Source of the DNA: Podarcis melisellensis
Lineage: Eukaryota
Assembly: GCA_964234715.1 (NCBI GenBank)
Contig: OZ174286.1
DNA: 64,000 bases
Strand: one strand, 5' to 3'
The position numbers and the translations under genes were made by a program. This document shows, in pieces, positions 26,182 through 38,661 of this stretch (the stretch's first letter is position 1; each line of letters begins with the position of its first letter). Under the pieces are notes generated by a model, which was not told the DNA's origin, ran no database searches, and was given only the letters and a program-made list of their open reading frames with translations.

Positions 26182-29100
26182 TATGTAATTTTTAACTGCT
26201 GGTCTAGTCAGCTTCCACACATGGGAATGTACAGAAATGGGCCTCCTCTCATCATCTGCTTCAGGCAGCAAATGTTTTGAACAGGGAGTGACCAAGAGCT
26301 ATGAGATTCAAAGAGAGACACTAGCAGGAGCTCAGGAATGGAACCTCAGGGATCCCAGGAGAGAGGCTGAAGACAGAGGAGGAATGGCCCAACTCAGCGG
26401 AAACATTGAACAGGGCGCAAACAGCACAGATATCTTAAGAGATGGGATGGAAAGAATGAGAGGATGGCTAATAGAAAGAAAGGCAGCAGAAACGCCAAGA
26501 GGAAAAAGACAGACTTTCAGATTTGGCAGTGAGAAGATCATCTATGATATCAGCAAGATCCCTGGAGTGCAGGGAATGGAAATCAGATTGGAGGATGTCA
26601 TGAATATTATGAGAATCTTTTTAGGAGTTCTCATGATGGCATAATCTCTAACCACCAGTCAGGCCTTTCTTGTGTCACATGAAGGAGTCTCCTGGTGACA
26701 TTTGCCAGCCTGTGACTGTGTTCTGTGATGCCATCTAGGTGTAAGAAGAAGAATAGCTACGGGTGGAGCATCTTTTTCCCACGGTGAATGGGACAGGGCC
26801 CCTTTATGGCAGGGGAGAGGATCAAATTATGGGATGCTCATGCATCCTATTCACTGCATGATCCTTCATTGGCTCAGAAAGGTTCAGAATTGGAAATAGC
26901 ATCAAAGGAATGGCAGAGAGAAAGAAAGCACAGTGATTCCAAATAGCTGTGAATGCATTTGGGAAAGGGAAAAAAGTTACCTTTCAGATTTTTGGGGGGT
27001 TGGTGAGCGGAGTGATTCTATGCCTCCTGCAAATGCTATTTTCACACAGAAGAAAGCAAACATTCTGTGCATCCCTAAAATAAATAAAAGCCTGCATTTA
27101 GATGCATAGCAAAATGGTTTGGTGTTGCTCCTGGTGCAATGCCATCTACACAGGGATCTCTTGCTGAGAAGCCATCTGCCTTGTTATCGGCACAGAACGT
27201 ACTTTCTCCTTTTCGCAAAATCTATGCATTTAATTAATAACAAACATCTGCTGCTTGCATGTACTGAGTCTCTCCTCGCTTCTCCCCAGATCCTGAACCC
27301 ATCCATGTACACTCCTCAACTAGCCGCGTACAATCGCTTAAATAAAGCAACAACCGGTGTGTGGGTGGGGGAGTCTGATTCCAACAGGCTCTGACTCCCT
27401 CGGTCGCTGAAAAGGAGGAAATGGGAGAGAAACAATGGGGCATGCTGCTTTGTCTCCCACATAGACAGCTGTGTGCTCACTGAATGTCAGAAGGGGGGGA
27501 GAGGGGGGAACTAACTAGTAAAAATAGCAGCAGGAATCAAGAGGTGGTGTTGATCTCTCCATAACAAGAAGTCCCAACACAGCTGTTGAACCCCAAGGAG
27601 GTTTGTATTCCAGAGAAGAGATATTTTAGCTGATTTTTGACAACTAATATTGGGAGTGGGAGGGATTCAGGAGGATGAAGAAAATCAAAATTGTCTGGCT
27701 GCCAGAGGAAGAAGGAAATAGAACGCATTTCAGCGAAGAAACTTGGTCACTCACTTAATTTATCGCTCCCTTAATTGATCAAAGTGACAATATTTTGAGG
27801 ATTGATTGTAGTAAGAGAAGCATATTTACAAATACATAAATAGAAATGAAGTGAAATGAAAATGGTATACTGCTTAATTGTCAAAATCTCCTAGCAATTG
27901 ATATAGAATATGCATTAAAAATTATCAATATAAGTTAGGAGTTAAAAACAAGTTCACCTAATATATATATACAAGTAAAATGAGCACTTAAAAATATCTA
28001 CCATATATTCTGGTTTGCTAAATTTTCCATGATGGTTCCTGAGATTAAAGGACAGTTTTCCTAACTATATTTTGATACAATTGGACACCATTTTGACTCA
28101 TGATGGCGGACTGAACCTTTCAAAATTGCACTGGTTTCAAAACTGTGCTGATTTTTTGGACTGGTGGAAGGGAAGTGGAGAGAGGCAGGCAAAAGAAAGA
28201 TGCAGTCTGAAGAAAAAAGCTGGAATGGAGCTGCATCTGAGTGCATAAAGCTGAATTTGCATAAGTAACGTGCACGTATGATGTGACTCAACTGTAATTC
28301 AAAACATCTGGAGGACACCAGAGAGATGAAGGATAACTTTGGTGAAGTGAATCCTCCTGGAATTGTCATTGGTTGTTCTTGACCACATTTTGCTTCATTT
28401 TTACTCCACCTTTCCTTCAAGAAGCTAAAGGTGACATTCAAGATCCCCCCTATTTTCCTCATAGCAACCCTTTTAGGCAGATTTGGCTGCGATATGGTTG
28501 GTAACTGAATCAATGCCACTTAGTAAGCTTCAATACTGAGTGAGGATTTGAACCTGGGTTTCTGCAGCCATAGCCTGCTGCATCGCAGTGGTTCTTGAGC
28601 ATGCAGTTGTTCAGCTTAACAGGATGCTTAAGCTTTTGGATATTTTATTTGTAGTCAGCTGGACGCTGTAGCTTCCTGGAGTGAATCCAAGCCTTTAGTC
28701 ACACCTGTCTGTGTCAGTACTTCAACTGCTCTTGGGGGCCATGTTGCAGAACTGACAAACCTGGACACCGGATGTCCTGGCTTTCACTAATAAGAATGAG
28801 GGAGATGCTGTGTGGATAGAACAGCAGGTTAGAATGGGAGAAGTTTGTCAGTAAGCAATACTGACAGCAGATGCCTCTTTTGCCACTGCAAATGTAGCGC
28901 AGGCAGCTGAATTCCACAGGGAACTTGTGAGAGGTTTCTCACAATCTTCATCCTTGTTCGGTGGCTTGCAGTTAGCTCCACAAATCCTGCCAAAAGTCAT
29001 TCTAGTCAAGCATCTTAAACTTCTCCATCCAGAATTCTGTCCCAAAGACCAATAATAAGCATGTTCCTGCTGAAATGTCTCCTAGAGTAAAATTTAATGT

Positions 29101-30684
29101 TTCTTCAGAGGCCAATTAGCTGAGGCATTTGAAGGGAATGCAGGAGTTTTCTTAACTCTGAAAAAAATTCCCACGCAGAGGTTATGTGGAACCAAGTGTT
29201 TTGACTAAATTTCACCTGAAGCGACATTCAGAAATTCAAAATGAGTGTGGAAATTCTTCCTCAGTTGAAATAACTATGGGATTTCGACAGAAGCTGGGTC
29301 ATTCTGATTAGACTAGAGAAAATGACCCATGGTGTGCAGATTCCCCAGAAAAATTCTTAAATATTGTGTGGGTATAATTGAATCATTTCAGACATACCTC
29401 AGTGAAACAACATCTTAAGGGCCTTAGGTTCCCCAAGCTCTGTTCTGCAGGAACCCAGAAGGGACAATTCAGAAACAGTCAAAGCAGAAAATTCCTGAGT
29501 GACTGTTTTAACACATTATAACATCCACAAGCCCAAAATATGCCTTAACTTTCCTACTTATACCAAGCATTTTCTGCTGCAGCTAGACAATTAATTTCCT
29601 CCCTATATGGATAGTTATCTTCTCTGCTTGAAAAGCAGTTCCTTAGCTTGGAGCCAAGCAACAGACTGATGGTATTGCTTGTCTCTTGTGTTTTCATTTG
29701 TTTCTACAAAATGCCGTCACAGGAGAGGCAAAGTAAAGAGGAAGACTCGTGTTTGTTGGATGGAGAAGGCTCTTTCCTCTTTCAATGCTTTTTGGTTGCA
29801 AATCTCTCTACACAGCTCTTTTTCACCTTTCAGAGTTTGACAGGGTGATTTAACAATCAATCCCTTTCCCCAAAGGACTCCGGTAATGGTAGCTCTATGA
29901 AGGGAATAGGGGACGCCTAGCCACTCTCAGCACAATTAACAGAGCTCAGTTCTCAGGGTCCTTTGTGAGAAGCCATGAGGGTTTATAATGGAATGATACT
30001 GCTTTAAATGTATAGTGCAGGTGGGGCTATATTAAGCAGAAAGAGGCCAGAAAGCTAGCCTGAGGAGATAACTCACTCAAAAAGAAATCGAGAAAGTGTA
30101 TGGAAGGAGGGAGGCAGAATACGAAACTTATCGTAAAATGCAGAAGTTGTTGAAAGGCTTCCTAAATCTGCATCTACGAGGTTGTGGGAGTGAGCTGAGC
30201 ACTCTACACACACACACACACACCACCCCCCTTTGCATTTCTAGAAGCTCAATTTGTATTTCATTTTCTAGTCGGCTTCTCTGCTATGGAGCTGTATGGT
30301 CTGTTTATTTTAGATGTCCATAGATGTTTAATTGAGTAAAGCGCTTGGCAAATAGCTCAAGCTTCAAATCTCTTTTGCTGAAAGTTAAAAGATTTCTCAG
30401 ACCATCCTCTGCAGACTTGAGTGCTCACATGTTTGCTCAAGGGACATTTGATGTAGGATGCTACCCAGGGATTGTAGCAGGCTTCCTGGGGCGACAATGT
30501 TAGGCACATTATCAGCAGCAGCAGCAGACAGGGATATTCCTTTCCAGTACTGCTGTGGTATAATCACAGCGCATGGTGCTATCCAAGCCATGACGATTAA
30601 CTGATTTATTCATCTATTTTTCTGTATACATCAAAATGCAAATCCTTTCTATCCTAGATTCTGCTTGGGACAACCATACACATA

Positions 30685-31000
30685 GGCCACATTTACAGCA
30701 CATATTTAATGTACAGTCATACCACTTTAAGCAATCTTGGCTTCTCCCAAAGTATCCTGAGAGCTCCAATTTGTTAAGAATACAGATATAGTTAGGAGAC
30801 CCCCTCTTCCCAAAGTTTCCTGTGAAGAGGGATTGATGGTTAAAGCACTCCGAGAACCGTAGTTCAGAAGGAAAGGGAGGGGTTTCAGAACAACTCTCAG
30901 CACACTTAACAAACTACAGCTCCCAGAATTCTTTGGGGGAAAGCCATGGCTATTTAAAGTGGTATCATAGTGCTTTAAATGTATGGTATGAATATGGCAA
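30685..31000. mobile_element. Palindromic MITE, possibly PIF/Harbinger-type (partial copies at 29845-30030 and 44810-45005)
   Basis: Arms 'ataccactttaa...ggcttctcccaaag' and 'ctttgggggaaagcc...tttaaagtggtat' are inverted repeats. Confidence 0.7.
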
Positions 31001-32165
31001 CATAGGGCTTTCCCCCCCATGACGGAGCCCTACTCGTGTATGATACTATTCCCTTCTGCACACTTGCAATGTAACATTTGAAAAGCGCTGTAGGGTACAT
31101 GCTCTTGGTGTGGCATCCTAGTGTTGAACCCAATCCCTGTTTCCTGTTTCCAGCTGGAAAGTGAATCACTGGTGGTGGAGAACATGTGAAATGCACTTAC
31201 TGAAACAACAGCATCCAAAGCTCTTCTCATGATGAAGGGAAGGATGTGCCTATGTCCATTGCTCTGCCTCCACAGAAGGGGCACAAGACCTGGGGGGGTC
31301 AAATGTGGCTCTGTAGGCCTCTCCCTCCCTCAGGACTCTTCCCAAGCTATGTCTCTTTCCCAGGATACATGCCCCGTCTCCCAGGAAACACCTCTGACTG
31401 GCTCTGCTCCATGTCCACTTCAAGTCCTCTTGCATGGCACGAACATGGCTGAAATGTGTCCTGGAATGTGATTATGGCTTTTGCTTGCCTGACTGTCCAT
31501 GTGATTGTAGATACCTCTGGCATTTACATGGCTGGAACATAGCCCATTGCAGAAAGGTAAGAACCCTATCCATTTCTCCATCCCCTTCTTGCCTCCACTC
31601 ACAACTTGCATGTGGCTCCTGGAAGGTTGTCTGGGGTGGCAAGCGGCCCTTGGGATGGAAAAGTCTCCCCTGCTTAAAGCAATGCCACTTCCTGTTTTCC
31701 TGGCCAATAGTGCTCATATCACTCTATTAGCTATGAACTGCCTATGAAAGAATGTGAGAACTGCAAAATGGGCCTTGAATTAGTCTCCTGCTTCCTCCAT
31801 GTGATATCCTTTTGGCAACCTCATACAGCACTGAAAAGCCAGCAATTCCTCAATGCTTAGCCATGTTGACTCAGTCCGGTGCAGCCAGTCCATCCCTCTG
31901 CCCCCAGGCAGTGAAAATCAGTGTCAATAACAGTGGTTAGTCTCTTCTACCCTCCTCTTTCATCTCCCTCAGGTTCTTCCACACAATGAACTTTTAACAG
32001 TTGCCGGAGATTCCCACCCACCTAGATACTGGTTTATACACAATCCCTGAACTGGACTGGATCAAGAAAGAAGGGTGAAGATCACTATATGTGGTTCCAT
32101 ATTGGTTTAAATTACTGTTCTTGTGTTTCATAGCCATACAGGTTCAACTCCTGCTATAACCAATG

Positions 32166-32572
32166 GATCATAGAATTTTAGAGTTGAAGAAGAAGAAGAG
32201 GAGTTTTGGATTTGATATCCTGCTTTATCACTACCCAAAGGAGTCTCAAAGGGGCTAACATTCTCCTTTCCCTTCCTCCCCCACAACAAACACTCTGTGA
32301 GGTAAGTGGGGCTGAGAGACTTTAAAGAAGTGTGACTAGCTCAAGGTCACCCAGCAGCTGCATGTGGAGGAGCGGAGACACGAACCCGGTTCCCCAGATT
32401 ACGAGTCTACCACTCTTAACCATCACACCACACTGACTCTCCAGTTGGAAGGGACCCTGAGGACCATCTAGTCCAACTGTCTGCAATGCAGAGATATGCA
32501 GCTGTTCCATATGGGGATTGAACCTGCAACCATGGCATTATCAGAACAATACTCTAACCAACTGAGCTATCC
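32166..32572 (-). mobile_element. tRNA-head / CR1-tail SINE, interrupted by a younger SINE
   Basis: Minus strand ggatagctcagttggttagag...ggttcaatcccc (A/B boxes), then a CR1-type end 'ttggactagatg...cccttccaact...ttctatga'. Confidence 0.7.
32186..32436 (-). mobile_element. tRNA/CORE-type SINE with (CTT)n tail (Squam3-like)
   Basis: Near-identical to 35870-36110 and 38175-38422. Flanked by 'agttg' duplication. Confidence 0.85.
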
Positions 32573-33649
32573 AAGGTTTAGTAAGGAATCTAACAAAATG
32601 CCTTCCTTGCCCCAGTCAATCTACTCTGTGAGTAGATCCTCCACTGAATACTCTGAGCTTTTCGGTGCAAAAATTACTACCAGATTCAGAAAACCCAGCT
32701 GCCTACTGTTTCCAACCACAGCTAAACCACTTTCTTGTCAGTCCCTTCCCGTGATGGCAGCCTCCTAGTGCATCACAACCAACTCCTGGTGTATAATCAT
32801 TCTTTGACTTCTCCGCTCAAGATTTGGGTGTGGTGTAGGGAAGTCTCCATGACTTTACAGCTTCATTATAAAAAGTGTATCATTACACAGAAGCTTGAAT
32901 AGTGGTGCCTTATGTAAGCTTGGATTAGATAGTGTTTTGAGGGCAGGGGAAATAATCAAGGCTGCAGTCTTAGGTATGCTTACATAGGACCTGGTTTCAA
33001 TGCAGGACTGGCCTACTATTTGTCAGAGTGAGGAAAACCAGTGTTTGTGAGACCCCAGCCACCTACCACCTTAATTTCCCCAAAAGCATCTATAAGTATT
33101 TTTGGTGCAAACCTCTTCCATGGACCTGTGCTCTAAGTTCTTTCTGTACCTTGGAATGCTCTGAAAAATATATTGGTACCAAACCATGTGGATTGAGATT
33201 GTGTAGGCAGGCTCTGGGTTGGATCCAGCCTGCCACTGCAGTCCTATAAAACATGCAGCTAGGAGTAAGCTCCATTGGAAGCAACAAGACATGCTTCTGA
33301 CTAGACATGCATAGGATTATGCTGTGAGTGAGACATACTTAGGTCCCATAGAAATCAATGGGAAAGGCTAACTATGACCTAAGTCTTTTATGAGATAAAT
33401 TCAACTAAGTTAAGTTATACGTGGAACAATCAACACAGAGGGGTATAGTCAGCTCAGCAGTAGGTCTGCCCTAAGTAGAATTATGGTTGGATACGATGTA
33501 AAGGAATTGCAAGTGGAGAAACTAGATGAAATACCACTCCCTCCTACTTGCCTTGATTAATCATGATTTCAAAAAAATCTGAAAAGGATGTCAGTAGTGC
33601 TGAAAAGGATACACAACACCCTGACACTTGGGATCATTGCTCCTGTAAG

Positions 33650-33765
33650 CCAGTGTTCTCCAACCTGATGCCCTATGAATGTTTTGGACTACAACTTCCA
33701 CCCTGGCTGGGGCTGATGGGAGTTGTTGTCCAAAACTTCCAGAGGGCACCGGGTTGGAGAAGGCT
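33650..33765. mobile_element. Short palindromic hAT-type MITE
   Basis: ccagtgttctccaacctgatgccc ... gggcaccgggttggagaaggctg. Confidence 0.65.
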
Positions 33766-34132
33766 GTTGTAACCAGCGCCTGCATCCTAACCCATTCAAG
33801 CATGCATTTAGGCAAAACTCCTAGTCGCCTTGGCGAGGACAGTGAGAGAAAGCATACATATGCAATATTTCTTACCCTGTCCTTGGAAGTATAAATAATA
33901 GCTCCAAGCCTATAAATATTTATTACGCTATAAACTGCCCTTTAGATACACTGCACAGCTTTGGGAGAAGAGTATTTACATAATCGGCTCACTCTCCTAA
34001 TATAGCCAACACTCAGCCATCCTGTGGTTACATCGTATTTCCCTGTTAGCTCATATGCTTGGGATGCTTTGTCACACATTGGTTTTTTTCAGGTGAGCTG
34101 CTACTACTCTTTAGGCTTTCCCCCTTTACAAT

Positions 34133-34134
34133 GA

Positions 34135-34182
<48 letters not shown>

Positions 34183-34449
34183 TATTATTATTACTTCTAT
34201 TATTATTATTATTTCGTTCTGGAGGTCTGTTCTTAACCTGAAACTGTTCTTAACCTGAAGCATCACTTTAGCTAATGGGGCCTCCAGCTGCCACCGTGCC
34301 GCCGGAGCACGATTTCTGTTCTCATCCTGAAGCAAAGTTCTTAACGCGAGGTACTATTTCTCGGTTAGCGGAGTCTGTAACCTCAAACGTATGTAACCTG
34401 AAGCGTATGTAACCCGAGGTATCACTGTATTATTATTATTACAACTGAA

Positions 34450-34503
<54 letters not shown>
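34133..34503. repeat. (AAT)n/(TTA)n microsatellite complex around a truncated Tc1/mariner MITE (34212-34427)
   Basis: Order is (AAT)n, (TAT)n, reverse MITE ending 'aacccgaggtatcactg'+TA, (TTA)n, (AAT)n. Confidence 0.85.
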
Positions 34504-35869
34504 TGCACATTTTTATTCACCTTTTTCTGTATATATCAAAATGCAGATCCTGCATGGGCACAGCTATGTATGCATTGGGTTTTATCAGTGCAATTGAGCC
34601 CTACACATCTGTTATACCACATGCACAATGTGACATTTAGAAACTGCATGACTTGATGCCGAATCCTAGTGAACCGTCACTGTTGAGGCTGGATTAAGGT
34701 TTCCTTTCTCAGCTGAAGAGTAGATCACTCAGCCTCATGGCGGTGTAGAGAAGATTGGAGATGTGTGAAATGTGCTTACCAAAACCGTAGCATCCAAAGC
34801 TCATGAGGAAAGGGGGTGGGGGGCAGTGTCTACAGATCCATTGCCCAGCCTCTACAATAGAGATGTAGGTCAAATGCAGGAACAGGTTTTTCCACCCATC
34901 CCTCAGGACTCTTCCCAAGCTGCATCTTCTCTCCAGGGTACCCACAAAGACACACACACACCTCAGGAAACATCCCTGACTGGCCCTGCTCTATTATCTC
35001 TTTAAGTGCCTTTGTATGGCTTGAGCCATATTTTGTCCTTCAATATAATTGTGGCTCTTCCTTGCCTGGATCGAGGTGTATCTGTGGGCTGGCAGAAACC
35101 TCTGACTCTGCATGGCTGGAACATAATCTATTGTACAGTGCTAAGAGTCCCACCCACTTCTTGCCCTCTGCCCACCATGTGGCCCCTAGAAGGTAGTCTG
35201 TGAGGAAATGTGGCCCTCAGGGTGTAAAATGATCCGCTGCTTAAAGCACTGTTGTTTCCTGTCTCCCTGGTCAATACTGTTATTGACATTATTCTATTAG
35301 CTGCAAGCCTCTCAGCTTTCACAGTTTAGCTGGCTTGCCTCCTGACCAGGATCTTCATAAAGAATTAGGCTCCTGAGCCCACCAAAATCCCACACATACA
35401 CTCACCCTGGGCTCTACCCGCTGTGTGAATGGCTTTGCCCAAAGACCCTGGCCAAATCCTAGAATCTTTTTCTTCATTACAAAAGCCAGCAACGTTCGTG
35501 CCCGCACTCACAACTATCTTTTTTTTGGGGGGGGGGAAATAAAAATTAATTTATATCAACACATTACAGGCTGGCAGCTGTTTTCAAGGATCTGTTTGTA
35601 TCTTTGAGATACGGCAGACACAGATTATGCATGCTATATCGACAATCCTGCCACAAAAATTGAAAGAGGTAGAAGGTCTTGTTTATATTGAAAAACCTTG
35701 AGAAAAGAAACTGGTCAAGGAGTTGGCTCTGTCAGGGTAAGCACTCACTTCCAAGTATATCACATTTAACTGTTGTACACATTTATGCCAATGATCTCCT
35801 TGAGATGGCTGGCACGGGTCTGTAGGAAATCCTTAGCTACTTTGGACCATTTTAACATAAAAGGCTCTG

Positions 35870-36110
35870 ATAAGAAGAGTTTGGATTTGATATCCCGCTT
35901 TATCACTACCCTAGGGAGTCTCAAAGCGGCTAACATTCTCCTTTCCCTTCCTCCCCCACAACAAACACTCTGTGAGGTGAGTGGGGCTGAGAGACTTCAG
36001 AGAAGTGTGACTAGCCCAAGGTCACCCAGCAGCTGCATGTGGAGGAGCAGGGAAGCGAACCTGGTTCACCAGATTATGAGACTACCGCTCTTAACCACTA
36101 CACCACACTT
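35870..36110 (-). mobile_element. tRNA/CORE-type SINE (Squam3-like)
   Basis: Homologous to 38175-38422. Confidence 0.85.
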
Positions 36111-36199
36111 GCTCCCACACTTAAATAATCTAAAGTCACAACTTTAAAAAAACAATAATCCAGAAAGAGGACCACAACTGTAAAGAAAAACAGTGGGGG

Positions 36200-36297
36200 A
36201 CCATCTGTCACGGATGCTTTAGTTGAGATCCCTGCATTGCAGGGGGTTGGACTAGATGACCATCGGGGTCCCTTCCAAAAGTCTATGAATCTATGAA
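36200..36297 (+). mobile_element. CR1 3' terminal fragment
   Basis: ctgcattgcagggggttggactagatgacc...cccttccaa...ctatgaatctatga. Confidence 0.75.
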
Positions 36298-36649
36298 AGC
36301 AACCAATTAAAACCAAAGCAGAGATTTAATACAAGGTCAACTATAATAATAAAATAAAGCACATTATTAATATTACTGTGAAATGCAGAGATGATATAAC
36401 TACAAAGCTTTAAAGCCAATGTTTAAAATGATTAACCACTACACCACACTGGCATGATAGCATGCAATCTCGCTGTAATTTTCTGGCATTAAAGCTAAAA
36501 ATAACATCTTTCTTGATCAAGAGTCTCTCTGTGAGCTAAAGTAACCTTCAGAATAATTGCTAATGTCCTGGGATAGAAATCACATGAAAGTTCGTCATGA
36601 GATACCAAGCTGTCAATGACAGCAAGTTGCACTGCTTGGAAAAGAAGAT

Positions 36650-37710
36650 TTCAACTTGTCTGGTCAGGTCACATTTTCCCTGAAGGAGCAGGTTTGTAGC
36701 TTGCGGGTTCTGGAGCCTCCTACCAGTTTCAGCTCTACCAGTCTATGCTCTGGTAGGCTTCTGGTTAGATTACTGCAATGGTTAGCCTTTGAATGCAGCA
36801 GCCAGACAGTTAAGAGGGATCAGTTTGACCTTATTACATCGGTTATGGCTTCTTCTTCTTTAGCGATCGCTTGTAGCCGAGTAAGATTGTCTTCCATAAA
36901 CACAGTTTAACAGTGAGTCCGTAAGTGAGTGGTTTGATGAGAATGACAGTGAGAATGAATGCATTATTGACAGGAAAAGGAAAGCCTTTCAGATCTGGCA
37001 AAGAGATAGAAACTGTAGGTTCGTTCAAAGAAGAACCAAAGAACTAAAGAACACCTGGTGGATAAATAAAGCTCAAGAGATTCAGCACTTAGCCGACACT
37101 CATGATGCACAGTTTCTTTAAAGCTACAAAGACCATCTATGAGCCAATAAATCATGACATATGCCCCCTACACTCAACAGATGGTACAACACTTCTAAAA
37201 GATAAAGAAGCTATTGCATTGCGCTGGAAAGAACATTACCAGCATCTCCTTAACCACAACTCTCCCCCTAGCTGCTGAGGTCCTCTCACAAATTCCACAA
37301 AAACAAGTTAGAGATGAGCTTGCAGTATCTCCAAATCTGGGAGAGTTGTTGACCAAATGAAAAACAACAAAGCCAGTGGACCTAATGGGATACCTGCCGA
37401 AGTCTTCATTTCTGGCACTGCCACACTAGCTACCCATAAGTTTCTGAGCCCAATTCAAAGGGTTAATTTTATCCTATAAAGCTATATGTGGCTCAGGATC
37501 CCATTACATTGCAGAAGGCCTCTACTGACATGAGACTACCCAGAGCCTGAATTCATTATCTGAGGCCCTTCTCTATGTGCCTCTTCTGGGAGATGTCTGG
37601 GCGTAGAAACACAAGAGACAGCCTTTTCAGTTGTGTTTGTGGAGTGCTCTCTCCAGTGAGACCCACCTGGTGCCAGGCAAATACTTCATTCTTATTCCAG
37701 CCATTTGACG
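36650..37710 (+). mobile_element. Old L2 fragment split by an RTE insertion
   Basis: 'ctgaaggagcaggtttgtagc' and 'ggttagattactgcaatg' lie before 36848; 'gcccaattcaaagggttaattttatcctataaagc' lies after 37410. Confidence 0.7.
36849..37409. mobile_element. RTE-clade (non-Bov-B) LINE insertion with internal inversion
   Basis: 36849-36926 is a minus-strand 3' end with a (GAA)n tail. 36927-37409 on + encodes degraded WFDEND...WWINKAQEIQHLAD...FFKATKTIY...DGTTLLKDKEAIALRWKEHY...MKNNKASGPNGIPAEVF. Flanks ttatggc / ttctggc. Confidence 0.8.
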
Positions 37711-38174
37711 GTTATTTATCTTGAATGCCAGTTCTGGGCATTCTTACGCTGACATCTCTTCATGTTTTGGCATTTTGAACCTTTTACATTTTTCCTACAA
37801 CCATTCAAAATATACATTTGGATTTCTTCTGCTAAAGAAAGTAGCAGCTAGTGAGCATTAAAACCATTTATATAGAAACATTACTTCCAGCATATATAAT
37901 TTGACTTGGAATATAAATGAGATTTTAATTAAAATAAATAAATACAGCTCTTGTGTAACTTTGACACTTCTATGTTAAACAGCATTAGTCCTCATTACGG
38001 ATTAATGAGCTGAAAAATTTAAATAGTTTGGTAAAAGCTATCCTTATGCAATTTTAAGAGGCAAGTCTCTGTCTCCACTGTGTTTGGAAGGTGTCTGAGC
38101 TTCCCAATCTGAGTGGGAGCTGCAGTGTGTTTAAGGGAATGAGCTGTCAGCCTAAGATAAACCATGATCTCTCA

Positions 38175-38422
38175 GCCATGGTGTAGTGGTTAAGAGCGGT
38201 AGTCTTGTAATCTGGGGAACCGGGTTCAAGTCTCCGCTCCTCCACATGCAGCTGCTGGGTGACCTTGGGCTAGTCACACTTCTCTAAAGTCTCTCAGCCC
38301 CACTCACCTCACAGAGTGTTTGTTGTGGGGGAGGAAGGGAAAGGAGAATGTTAGCCGCTTTGAGACTCCTGAAGGGGAGTGAAAGGCGGGATATCAAATC
38401 CAAACTCTTCTTCTTCTTCTTC
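38175..38422 (+). mobile_element. tRNA/CORE-type SINE with (CTT)n tail (Squam3-like), nested in an old MIR/CORE-like SINE
   Basis: A box tggtgtagtggtt, B box gggttcaagtc, TSD tcagcc. The right flank 'tcggtttccccacctgcacaatgggg' resembles the MIR core. Confidence 0.85.
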
Positions 38423-38661
38423 AGCCTCGGTTTCCCCACCTGCACAATGGGGTGATAGTAATGCTGGCTTCTTATAGGTTGTTGTAAGGGTTACAACTAG
38501 ATAATGCACATACAAGTACAATGAACTCTTGAAAGCACTATACAGTATAGGAACACTTCCTACATATCTGAACACTGAGCTCAGCAGGAGATGCCACCTG
38601 TTGCAATTTGGCATTTATTGTGGTGGCATCTACTGTTTGGAACTCCCTCTCATTACAAAAT

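Noticed and set aside
26237-26644. 135-aa purine-rich ORF
   Set aside because: Starts inside a repeat fragment. GA-rich composition depletes stops. No homology recognised.
32510-32572. tRNA-like sequence on the minus strand
   Set aside because: It is the head of a SINE continuing into a CR1-type tail, with degenerate stems; not a tRNA gene.
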